From: Wallemia ichthyophaga EXF-994
Lineage: Eukaryota; Fungi; Basidiomycota
Assembly: GCF_000400465.1 (NCBI RefSeq)
Contig: NW_008806292.1
Span: 120,001-152,000, forward strand
Reading direction: 5' to 3'
DNA: 32,000 nucleotides
Shown here: positions 22,001 to 32,000 of the stretch, piece after piece
Layout: every line of letters begins with the position of its first letter
How positions within the stretch are numbered: position 1 is the stretch's first letter
The notes under the pieces: generated by a model
What the model saw: only the letters and a program-made list of their open reading frames with translations
Told to the model about the DNA's origin: nothing
The model's database searches: none
Position numbers and translations under genes: made by a program

Positions 22001-24944
22001 GCGTGTTACTCGCCATTTTTAATACAAAGAACATAGAGCTCAGTCTATCAAACTGTGGGTTTCGCTGCTAATTATTCAACTCGACTGACCAGTCTTGCAC
22101 AGCTTTGAAACGATTCACCGAAGAGCTGAAGAAGGTCGATAATATTTCACATGATTATGCTGGACAGTTATCCGACTTTGTTGGTCAAGCAGCTACACAA
22201 TTCACTAAAAAGGATTGGAAGGTGAGAGGGTTGTGTCCTGGTCGACTTAACTTAATAATCTACATAGGATTATGAAAGTGTTATGATTTGTTGGATACCA
22301 TTCTTTGACTTCAAACAGCTGAACGAAGCGCTCATGATGTCAGCAGTCAACGCACCGGAAAGCTTAGTGACATTCAAGCACATTTTGATTATCTTGAACA
22401 GGAGCGAGCACTCTGAAATAGTTGCAAGCGTATACGATAGATCATCATCCCTGAAGACGCTGATCGACGTTGTGTTCAAGACAACAGATGAGGGTGTCTT
22501 GAACGAGCTGCACAAGTTCTTTGAACGTCTATTGCCGCTCAGAAACTTCAATCAGGGCGACGCCACCGTAGCTGTTTCTCAATTTAAGAGTTTGCTCAAA
22601 CCAAAAGAGGTAGAAGTGAAAAAGGTTCAATTACCTCAGACGCAAAAGCAGGATTCCATCATGGCCTTGTTGATCACAAGATTCTCTCAATACAGACGCG
22701 CTTTCTACAAGTCAACCAAAAAGGTTAATATCGGTGATCTGCCCAAGTTGTCAGCGACTGCTTACGGGAATATTGTCGCACTTGGCGTGAGATTTGGTGC
22801 CTCACTGGAGGACAAAGAGATTGATTTAGCTAAAAAGGTGGCTGGAGTTGCTGTTCAGCATGCTATCGATATAGAGAATGAAGAAGTTTCTATTGAACAT
22901 ATCTTTGCTTTATTCAAATCATCAGCTGATGCCCAATCCCTTTTATCTCAATTGAACTGGATACCTGGATACAGTGCAAGGTTGTGCAAATTGCTTAGTC
23001 AGATTACTGATTCCCTCTCATCATTTGAGGAATCGCAAAGCTTTATCAAGAAAGCATTCATTGGCAACCTCGACAAAATGGTCAGAATTATCAACATGCA
23101 AGAAAAAGAAGTCGATGCAGCTGCTTTGGAGTGTTTGGCGAATGTCGCATCAAAGATACAATTGTCTGCTGACGATGTCGAGTCTTTCCTTATCACATCC
23201 TCGCAACGCGGTTTGTCACAAGCCCCTGTGATGAAATTTGCAGGTGTTTTGCTGAATTCAGTGCAACTACCCCCAAATCTCGTTCTTTCACTGATTCAGT
23301 ACGCTTACGGATCTAATTTATTCAAAGATGTGTCTTCAAATATAAGCATTACGAAGCAGCGCGTTTTAGAGTACATCCACAAACTCTTCCACAAGGCACC
23401 TGCGGCTCTTTGTCAACTCACACAAATCAATCCATTGGTGAACATCTACAATGCAACCTTACATCCATCTGATACTCTTATACTAGATATCTTCAACCTT
23501 TTCGAGCGTGTCTGCAGGCAGTCCCTCACCGCCATTACTAGGGTTTGGACACCTCCATCTACTATTGCGCCAGCAAATTCCAACAGTCGCGCAATAGACG
23601 CAATCACCGCGCTAGATAGTAATAAGGTATTTAGCACCTGCCTGTCCTTCCCTAACAGACTGTCTTTTTCGAGGGATATTAGCAACATTGATGACATAGA
23701 ATGTCCTGAAGACCTCTACGATCCTAGATTTTTGATGGCATTACTATCGAGCGTTTTTATGGATGAAACCCTCACTGATTTCGAGTACCTCGAGTTGGTT
23801 AGATACTCAATCATCAACGTTCCTATAATGGGCCTGTCATCGCGCCGTCCTGACATGAGAAAGGCTTCCCTGCATCTTATGGGACACGTCAGCGGTATAT
23901 TGAACGTGAGTTTTAGTGTCACGCTAGACATCAGCTAATAAAGCTCAATAGAAACGGAACTTTACAGAAAAGGCAGAATTGGAATACTTGTTACAAAACT
24001 TCCGTAACACAATACCTCAGCATGAAATGCATGAAGAGGTGCCTAGACAACCAACCTTGATTACAGCGTTCGTTTCACACGCCACAAGAGCGATAGTCAA
24101 CCCATCAAACCACGCTTACCCACTCATAATGAGATTTCTACTGCAGCGTCCGCAACTCGATGTCAAGAATGTCCCGCTCTTCTTCGACCTCCTACTTAGT
24201 TACGGTGAAGACAGGAGATGGGAAAGAGGATGGATATTGAAGCTGTTAAGAGATGGTGTAAAGTCATCATATGATTGGCTGATGATGAAGCGTCGTCACA
24301 ATTGGGACGTTCTAGCTACGTTATACGAATCGTCGACAGATGATATTGCAATCAAGACACTGATTGAAGAAGTTGCTTTGACTTTGACAAGCAATCCTGC
24401 AACAGCTACCAATATTGTCACATCCAAGCCGTTCTTGATGTGGATCAATCAACAGTTTGCCATCACGAAGGTTGGCAGTAGATCTTTGAAAAACTTTCTC
24501 AAAGTTGTTTCAAATATTGTCAAGAACGGGGATATATCTGCGATGGATTATTCGTCAAGAGGTGTTTGGAGATCTGAGGTTTTCTCAATTGTCAATCTCG
24601 CCACCAAGTACAACGATATAGAGTGTTTGAGACTGTCGTCTGAGATTTTCCACTCACTGACAAACTTACCTATGTCGGAGAAATACCGTGACATCATTTC
24701 GTCAGGTTCGGTTGAGGCGCTGCTCAAAAACCTTGTCACCGCTGTATCTAGAGCTGGATACGATATTGATGAAAATTACAGAACTACACTGAAAAATCTC
24801 GGGTTGGTCTTTGCAGCTGTCAAAACTAACGACACACATTCCAAAGACACACATGGTTGGATTCAACTGATCAGCAGAATATTAGCTACTGGTGATGACA
24901 ATTACTACAACATGGTATTAGGGCAGTTACATAATTACTTGTAG
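19079..24944 (+). CDS. URB1: Nucleolar pre-ribosomal-associated protein 1 (Urb1/Npa1), about 7 introns
   Basis: Very long helical protein. 'LV.DYL..S..A.ELF..W', 'DIRTLYLL', 'IL.ACPELAS.YW', 'LEPRLSSRWI.N', 'NATLHPSD..IL', 'LYDP.FL', 'FL.QRP.LD..NVPLFF', 'W.R.WIL.LL.DG'. Family assignment is from motif recall. Confidence 0.8.
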
Positions 24945-24956
24945 ATTTCATTGCAC

Positions 24957-25410
24957 TTAATTTCTTCTATCAACCGCGTCAGACCATTGTGTGATGTTTA
25001 GACCATTACATATCTTGTAGATAAGAGCGTTAAAAGTGAGTGTGTCACCATCAAAAGCAATTTGATCCGAAGACTAATGTTAGAACTGTCAGGAATAACA
25101 TAGCTTACAACATGAACCAATGCTCACCTCGTCAATTTCTCCCCATATCATCACTGTGTCGTTGACCTCTGGCGTAGGCACGCTCAGAGAATCAGGTAAA
25201 CAGTTCTCAAGATTTACAGTGAGAAAGTGTTTATTGTGAACTATTTCTATTAAAGGAAGCTGGCACTGAGATACGCTATTCTCTTCGTTAGTAAGGCGAG
25301 AGAATGCGTGGCGGGAGAACTAACCTGCCGACTGTCCTCAGCTTGGTGAGCGCCTCGCATTTTTTCACTTTCTCAATCGACCTCGTTATCGCGACAACTG
25401 GTTCACTCAT
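24957..25410 (-). CDS. Small OB-fold protein, probable CST complex subunit Ten1 (116 aa, 3 exons; absent from the ORF track)
   Basis: Exons 25410-25325, 25275-25128, 25073-24957 (351 nt, in frame). Introns GTTAGT..TACTAAC..TAG (49 nt) and GTGAGC..TTCTAAC..TAG (54 nt). Protein MSEPVVAITRSIEKVKKCEALTKLRTVGSV..LTVNLENCL..TVMIWGEIDE..FNALIYKICNGLNITQWSDAVDRRN*. The gene structure is well supported; Ten1 versus RPA3/RMI2-type identity is inference. Confidence 0.72.
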
Positions 25411-25519
25411 TGTTGTATGATTGTCATACAAAAAGAAAAATACAATCGAGCATTGTTTCCTAGTTTCTTGCTGTCAATCATCGCGGCAAATTTGTACATG
25501 ATAAAGCCATTAATATAGT

Positions 25520-27542
25520 TTATTTGCGATAGAAACTGTTTAGTTAGCATGATATTATGAGAGGACAACACACTTACATCTTCTTGAAGTTGAAGTAAAG
25601 TTGCATCACTCCTCTGTCGTACGACGATCTGAATCCTCTGGAAAGAAAATCAGCTGTTGTCTCAAAATCAGACCACTACCCACCGTTTATGCGAGTGTTC
25701 CCACTCTTTGTTGACAATCGTGAATGCAATGTCTTCATATGGAGGTCCTGCTATGAACATTACCGTAGATATGTCAGGATTATCTTTGTTTTTAATGACT
25801 TTGTAAGTCGGTGTCTTGGTTTTGTCTATGAGATCCGGGTAGAAGATGTTGAACTTGTATCCTTGAACAACTTTCGGAGGTGGGTTGTCTTGATCGTAGT
25901 GTGTTTGGTTGTATCTAGATAATTTGGTTGAGATTTTTATCAAAAAGGAGCATCATGACCCACTTGTTCCACTCATAACCTGTATGCACTCTATTGAAGT
26001 ATCTCGGTTTGCGCGGCCTGTTCAGGTCATCCCACGTGTAAGTCACTTTGGCGGCCTCTTGGACTTCTGTGAAGATATAGTCGTTGTCGAACTCGTCGTT
26101 GAAGTTGTGAGGTGTTTGTAAATCCTGCATCCTGAACCAATTCTCTAGCTCCATATCTGTCACCGAGGCACCGACATCATCTGCTCGGGGTGCTACCTGC
26201 TTCTGAGGCAGTTCTGATCTGGCTATGAAAGTCGAGTTTATCAATTCACGCCTGTGTTTCATCTATTCAAATAATGGTTATTAGTTGAGTTCTATTCAAA
26301 TAAACTTACCAAATTCTTCTTATCGTCTTCTTCCAGTACCATCGGCATCTGTCGATCTTCATACGGCAGTTGCTTTTTATGTGTTGGTTTAGGAGACATA
26401 CAGGGATCATATTCGTCAGGTTTGATTGCTTCTGTCTTAGGCGTCTCTTCTGGCTGTTTGGACTTAGGTGCCTGATCCATATCGTCTTTCATCGATTTGG
26501 TTAATTCAGACTGCATTCTTTCTGCTTCGAGCTGCTGCTTTTCGCGTAATTGAGTAAGTCGATTGTTGAGCACGAGTTTGTGCATGTCATTCAACTTGGC
26601 TTTGGCTTTGTGCACGAGTAAACTTTTGAGAAGATCCTCCCAGTACTCCATATCGATTGCTGCATCAGATTGTAGCTTGACCTGAATAGATTGTTGCAGT
26701 TGTGAGAGCTGGTAGAGGCTCTTTCCTTGGAGTATCATCTCTATCTGTTCCTCTGCGTCTTCGTCTATTGCGTGTGGCTCGCTCATTGTTCTCACTATTC
26801 TTTCCAACTTGTTTTCACAAACGGCTAGCATGCACTTGAGCGATTCATTAGAAGGATGAGATAGTAAGAGAAAGTAACCCACGTTCCAAAATTCTTTGTT
26901 TTGTTCAGCTGTCTCAAGGTCAAGGAATTCGCAAATATCAGCATGAAGCGCTTTAGCTTGGTCGAAATTGATATTTTCCAAGATACGATAGGGTTCATCG
27001 AGATGGACTTCAAGACCAGTTTCAACTTCTTGGTCGTCATCACGGGTGTGGGTGGTATCAGGATGTGCAAACTTCAAATTCAAGCAGAGGTAGTCAATTG
27101 GCTGAGCCCTGTGGCCCTTGATTCTCATAACAGCACGCATACGCTTCTGTTCAAGCATGAAATCATCTTCTTTATTGAGCCATTCTTGGGTTTGAGCAGA
27201 GTCATTTAGTCGTTGCGCTTTAGACTGCTCTGCCTCTTTCTCCATCTTATCCAATTCACGTTGTTGTCTTCTCATATTGAGTTTGTGAAGCTCTTCCCTC
27301 GTTTCAGCTCTGCGCTGCTCATCTCTCTCAGCTGCTTGATCTGCAGTGATACCAGATTTCCTATCTTTCTCAGATTTCTTCTGCCACTGAAATTTAGAGT
27401 TTAGATCTGAATCGTTGAAAGGGTTATCTGAGCCGGAGAAAGTGGAAGCTGTAGCCATTCTCCGTGATTCTTCTTGCTTCCTTTCACGCTTGGATTGATG
27501 AGAGTTATCGTCATCGTATCTATCTCTCTTGAAAGAAGACAT
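25520..27542 (-). CDS. Cactin splicing factor (5 introns)
   Basis: 'NPFNDSDL..KF.W.KK', 'F.LEQ...RA..RIK..RA.PID', 'RKPRYFNRVHTGYEWNK|YNQTHYD.DNPPPKVVQGYKFNIFYPDLIDK', 'AGPPYEDIAF', 'EWEHSHKR|GFRSSYDRGV.QLYFNF', ending IFYRK*. Confidence 0.95.
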
Positions 27543-27662
27543 GGTGGTAGAGAGATAAGGGGAGTGGTGTGTGTGCTAGCAGCTTAAATACAAGATGTGA
27601 AATTGATTGATTCATTTCTAATCTTGCGATTGTAATCTTGCGACTTAGACTATCGAATTGAT

Positions 27663-27695
27663 ACGCGTGTTGAACACATACCATCAACGACGCGT
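27663..27695. promoter_or_regulatory. Two MluI cell-cycle boxes (ACGCGT at 27663-27668 and 27690-27695) upstream of MCM4
   Basis: Exact hexamers; the second ends 3 bp before the first ATG (27699). Confidence 0.62.
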
Positions 27696-27698
27696 AAA

Positions 27699-30581
27699 AT
27701 GAGCAACAGAAGTTCATCACCAATGTTATTCCCTTCTTCACCTAGCGTGAATAATCAGCGTACACCAACCAGGAATCAACGTGAAAACTCAAATTTACCG
27801 CCTTCTTCACCGGGAATAAACCCAGATTTCTTAGCAGCGCCACCTTCTTCAGATGCAGGTAATCACAGATCATCATCACCGCTGCACTTTCCTTCCTCTT
27901 CTGCATCTACTCCACGTGCTTCTCAACATCTAACTCCCTCGCATCAAAGACGCGGTGATGTTCACTCAAACCTCCCACCTTCCTCACCAAGCTTTGTTAA
28001 ATCAAGAAGACATTTAACTCTTCAAAACGCACCAAATTCTGATATTCACAAGTCAGATAGAACTTTTTCACAGGCTAATGTTCCAAATACTGATAGCCAG
28101 ACTGATGACAGTGGAATGCTTAGAGTCATTTGGGGTACAAACGTTCAAATCGCTGATTCTATGGCTGCTTTTAGAGCCTTCTTGAGAGGTTTCAAGACAA
28201 AGTATAGACGGGCTTATGAAAGAGATTTAGGACGTGATTTACCTAGTTTAACTGACCAAGCAAGCTCTGAGAACGTTCTTTACGAGAGCTACTTGCGAAA
28301 GATGCGATTCACCGGTCAAACCAATTTGAACCTGGATATGAACAATTTAATTTCATTCCCACAATCTCGTAAATTATACTCGCAATTGCAAAAATACCCT
28401 CAGGAGATTATTCCAATCATGGATCAGGTACTCAAAGACGTTATGCTTGAACTCGGTGAGGAGGATGCTGAGCGTGACGAACAAAGGATTGGCCAGCAAG
28501 CCTGGGATGAAGAGCTAGGAGAGTTAATGTCTAAGGTCTACAAAGTACGTCCATTCAATCTCCCATCAGTGAACATGCGCGAGTTGAATCCATCCGACAC
28601 GGACAAACTAGTTTCAATCAAAGGTTTAGTCATCCGTGCCACTCCAATTATACCAGACATGAAGAATGCCTTTTTTAAGTGTACAATATGTCAACACACT
28701 CATCAAGTTGAGATTGACCGTGGAAGAATCGCAGAGCCATCAAGATGTCCAAGAGATGTGTGTAATTACCAAGGCACAATGGCACTCATACACAATAGAT
28801 GTGAATTCGCCGATAAACAAATTGTCCGCCTGCAGGAGACACCCGACAGCGTTCCAGACGGTCAGACACCACACACAGTGTCTCTATGTGTATACGATGA
28901 ACTCGTCGATGTTACTAAGCCTGGTGATAGAATCACCGTTACTGGAATTTTCCGTTCATTACCTGTCCGTGTAAATCCACGCCAGAGGTCCATCAAATCA
29001 CTTTTCAAGACATTCCTCGACATAGTGCATATAAAGCGCACTGATGCAAACAGGATGGGTTTCGACGCAACGACCAGACCTGGTGACCGAGTCAATCTGG
29101 CTGGAGTTGGTGTCGGAGGTGACGACGAGCTAGAGGCTGAGATGGCGAACAATGATGACAACGAAGCTGGTACAATAGCTGAGGAGATGGAGAACAAGTT
29201 AGTAGAAATCTCGCAACGGCCCGACTGTTACGAGTTGCTAGCTCGCTCTCTCGCGCCATCAATTTGGGAGATGGATGACATCAAGAAAGGAATCCTACTG
29301 CAGATGTTTGGAGGAACTAACAAATCAATTGCACGCGGTGGTGGTGGCGGCGGGCCGCGTTTCCGTGGTGACATCAACGTTCTTCTCGTTGGTGATCCAG
29401 GTACTTCCAAGTCGCAGATCCTGCAGGTGAGAGCGATGCAATACAACAATACCTCCTCGCTAATTGCTAACACAGTACGTGCACAAAATAACGCCCCGCG
29501 GTGTCTACACATCTGGTAAAGGATCGTCAGCCGTCGGGTTAACAGCGTACATCACTCGCGATCCGGATTCGAAGCAGTTAGTGCTTGAGAGGTGAGCGGG
29601 GTGTGTCTAAAAGGAGAAAAATACTAACGCACCAGCAGCGGTGCTCTAGTCCTCTCAGACGGCGGTGTGTGCTGTATAGATGAATTCGACAAGATGTCCG
29701 ACGCCACTCGCTCCGTCCTCCATGAAGTGATGGAGCAGCAAACAGTCTCGATAGCGAAAGCGGGTATCATCACCACACTTAATGCCCGTACATCGATTCT
29801 CGCTGCAGCGAACCCAGTGCAATCGAAATACAACGTGAAGCTGCCAATTACCAAGAACATAGATTTACCACCAACGCTCATTTCTCGATTTGACCTGCTT
29901 TATCTTGTGCTGGACAACATCGACGAATTCGCAGATCGCAAACTTGCCAGACATTTAGTGTCTATGTATATCGAAGACGCTCCCGAGACGGCGGGCAGCG
30001 ATGTGCTGGGACTCGACATACTCACCGCCTACATTACCTATGCGAAGAACAAAGTACAGCCCGAGCTGACATCGGAAGCGAGTGAGGAGCTCGTTCGGTG
30101 TTACGTTCAGCTGCGTAAACAAGGAGAAGATGCTAATAACGCTGAAAAAAGAATCACTGCTACAACCCGTCAACTTGAGTCTATGATTAGATTGGCTGAG
30201 GGCCATGCGCGTATGCGTCTATCTAAATTTGTCGAGCTCCTCGATGTAGTCGAAGCCAACAGACTCATCATCGATGCTGTCAAAGGTTCGGCTACAGATC
30301 CAGTTACTGGCTTAGTCGACATCAGTCTTCTCAATACCGGCTACTCGGCTAATAACAGACGTCAAAATCAAGATCTCATTAATGAGATTAGCTCCCTCGT
30401 GGAGGGTTCGAGAAGTGCTAATATCAAGTATAGCGATATACTCGCGCAAATCAACTCACAGTCGAGTATTGCTGTCGATGGCGCTATGTTTGCAGACGCA
30501 GTGAGACAGATGGAAGAAAATGGCGACTTGCAGGTCGTTGGTGAAGGTGCGCGCAAGATGATTAGAAAGGTGGTAACGTAA
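27699..30581 (+). CDS. MCM4: DNA replication licensing factor MCM4 (2 introns)
   Basis: SP-rich N-terminus, 'IWGTNV', zinc finger C..C/CP..C, '[17 protein letters not shown]', Walker A 'GDPGTSKSQ', 'CCIDEFDKM', 'SRFDL', '[13 protein letters not shown]'. Confidence 0.97.
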
Positions 30582-30756
30582 AACTTAACCTGATGTATTC
30601 ATATTCTTTTAACATACTTATAACATATACTTGAAAAATATAAACATAAAAAGAAAAAGTATTCATTGTTGTATATAAAACAAGAGAATCGTGTCTTGGT
30701 TGTTTCTATATCCATATGCGAGTGCGAGTGTATCAGAGATGTTCAGTTCTCACAAG

Positions 30757-32000
30757 CTAAAACTGGGACATGTAGAGATAGAACTCGACTTGGCTAGCCG
30801 CAGGGCCATACTGGTAGCAGAAGCGGGAGATTTGGCAAGCAAAGAGGGCTTTTTGGTAAGACAGTGGGAGGCGCTGGAGGAGGTTGTCTATGCCGACGTA
30901 CTGCACGAGCGTCTTTGGCATAGCTTTGCTAAGTACCTTCTTGCGTTTCTCAACATCTGCGAATAATCCATCGCTGCTCTCAAGTTCGAGTTGAAGTTTG
31001 TTGAGTGTACGTGAAAGGTTATCACTGATGATTGTGCGGCTCTCTGTACCACCGAGTCTATTGTACTCGCTCCAGATAGTGTTGAATTCCATACGTGCGT
31101 TGCTTTCGATGATTTCTTGAATATCCTTCACGTAGCTCTCGTAAAATGACGATGGCTTGCCGTTGGTGTACATCATCAGCTCGGAATATTCCTCCTCATT
31201 GAGCGCAAGACCAGCGAGAACTTCCAAACTAGACGACGTGACACCACCTTTGTTTGCTGAAGAGTCACGAATGAGAATAACACCGCGTTTTTCCAGCATC
31301 AGACGAGCCTGTTGCGTAACAAACAGGTTCGCACCTTCGACGATGATCCTGCGTAATGTCAGTACTGTATCACTTTAAAAAACTCCAATTTACTTGAAAT
31401 GTGGCTTTCCTTCGCCATCGAAGAGCTGATTCACGTTTGAGATGTTCACTGCCTGTGGACGACCACCGCATGGGATAAGAACGTCAGCCTTGACGCGAAG
31501 GTGGTATCCATTACGGAAGCTGGTTCCATCCTGTACTATTTCGCCAGATGGCAGCTTGACGTCATTCTGCTCGCAAAGCACTCTGTAACCATCCTTAGAA
31601 AGACGACTGACGTCGAACTCCTTAATCATAACACGCTGCTTAGCCAAGCGAGTTAACTCCGCTCTATCGAGGCCAACAGGATCGTAGATGACACCAGAGC
31701 CATCAACAATAGCCACTGTTTTGTCCTTGCTGAGGAGAATCTCATTGCTACCAAGATCACCATCTGGTCCACCAGTTTGCACCTTGGTCGTCGTTTCCTC
31801 GTCCATGGCCATCTTATCGAGAATGCCAACATAGTACTGTCTAACTGAGCGACTAGTCATACCATACACGTCATGTGGGATACCGCCCAAAGTGTCTGCT
31901 GACTTGCCGGTAGTAAATGACTTCCACCATGGTGCACCTCTGCTACGCGCATGCAGAGCTGCCCAGTCCATGTAACCAGCCGTTCCCTCATCTGGACCAA
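30757..32000 (-). CDS. GDH2: NAD-specific glutamate dehydrogenase, large type (5' part outside window; intron about 31343-31387)
   Basis: 'PWWKSFTTGKS..LGGIPHD.YGMTS.SV', 'QTGGPDGDLGSNEI', 'PCGGRP', 'IVEGAN.F', 'DSSANKGGVTSSSLEVL'. Confidence 0.95.

Noticed and set aside
1-30581. POL12, Ten1-like and MCM4 in one window as a replication/telomere cluster
   Set aside because: They are spread over about 30 kb with many unrelated genes between them; consistent with chance in a gene-dense genome.
4443-30757. Search for cryptic peroxisomal targeting by stop-codon read-through (TGA CTA context, SKL-type extension)
   Set aside because: Stops inspected for KGD1, NDUFAF6, ETF-beta, cofilin and GDH2 gave no TGA-CTA context or PTS1-like extension.

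Overview
Gene-dense fungal nuclear DNA, not prokaryotic. It holds about 17 protein-coding genes with very short (roughly 40-60 nt) GT-AG introns and tiny intergenic spacers. Protein motifs look basidiomycete-like, and the compaction suggests a Wallemia-type genome (inference; not verifiable here). Gene order: POL12 (partial), endosulfine/Igo1, Cep57/Ppc89-like spindle-pole protein (frameshifted), KGD1, NDUFAF6, ETF-beta, alpha-actinin, an orphan S/T/P-rich protein, cofilin, importin-7/8 (Nmd5/Sxm1-like), HSP10, URB1, a small spliced Ten1-like OB-fold gene missed by the ORF track, cactin, MCM4 and NAD-glutamate dehydrogenase (partial). I found no mobile element, RNA gene, CRISPR array or obvious accessory or secondary-metabolite system; this is mostly housekeeping sequence, and I cannot claim a clearly new biological system. 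The best leads are: a +1 frameshift tied to a 70-bp-period duplication in the Cep57-like gene, the hidden Ten1-like gene ending 12 bp from URB1, GTGGGT as the commonest 5' splice site (14 of 46 manually called introns), paired MCB boxes before POL12 and MCM4, and an unexplained ~850-bp gap.
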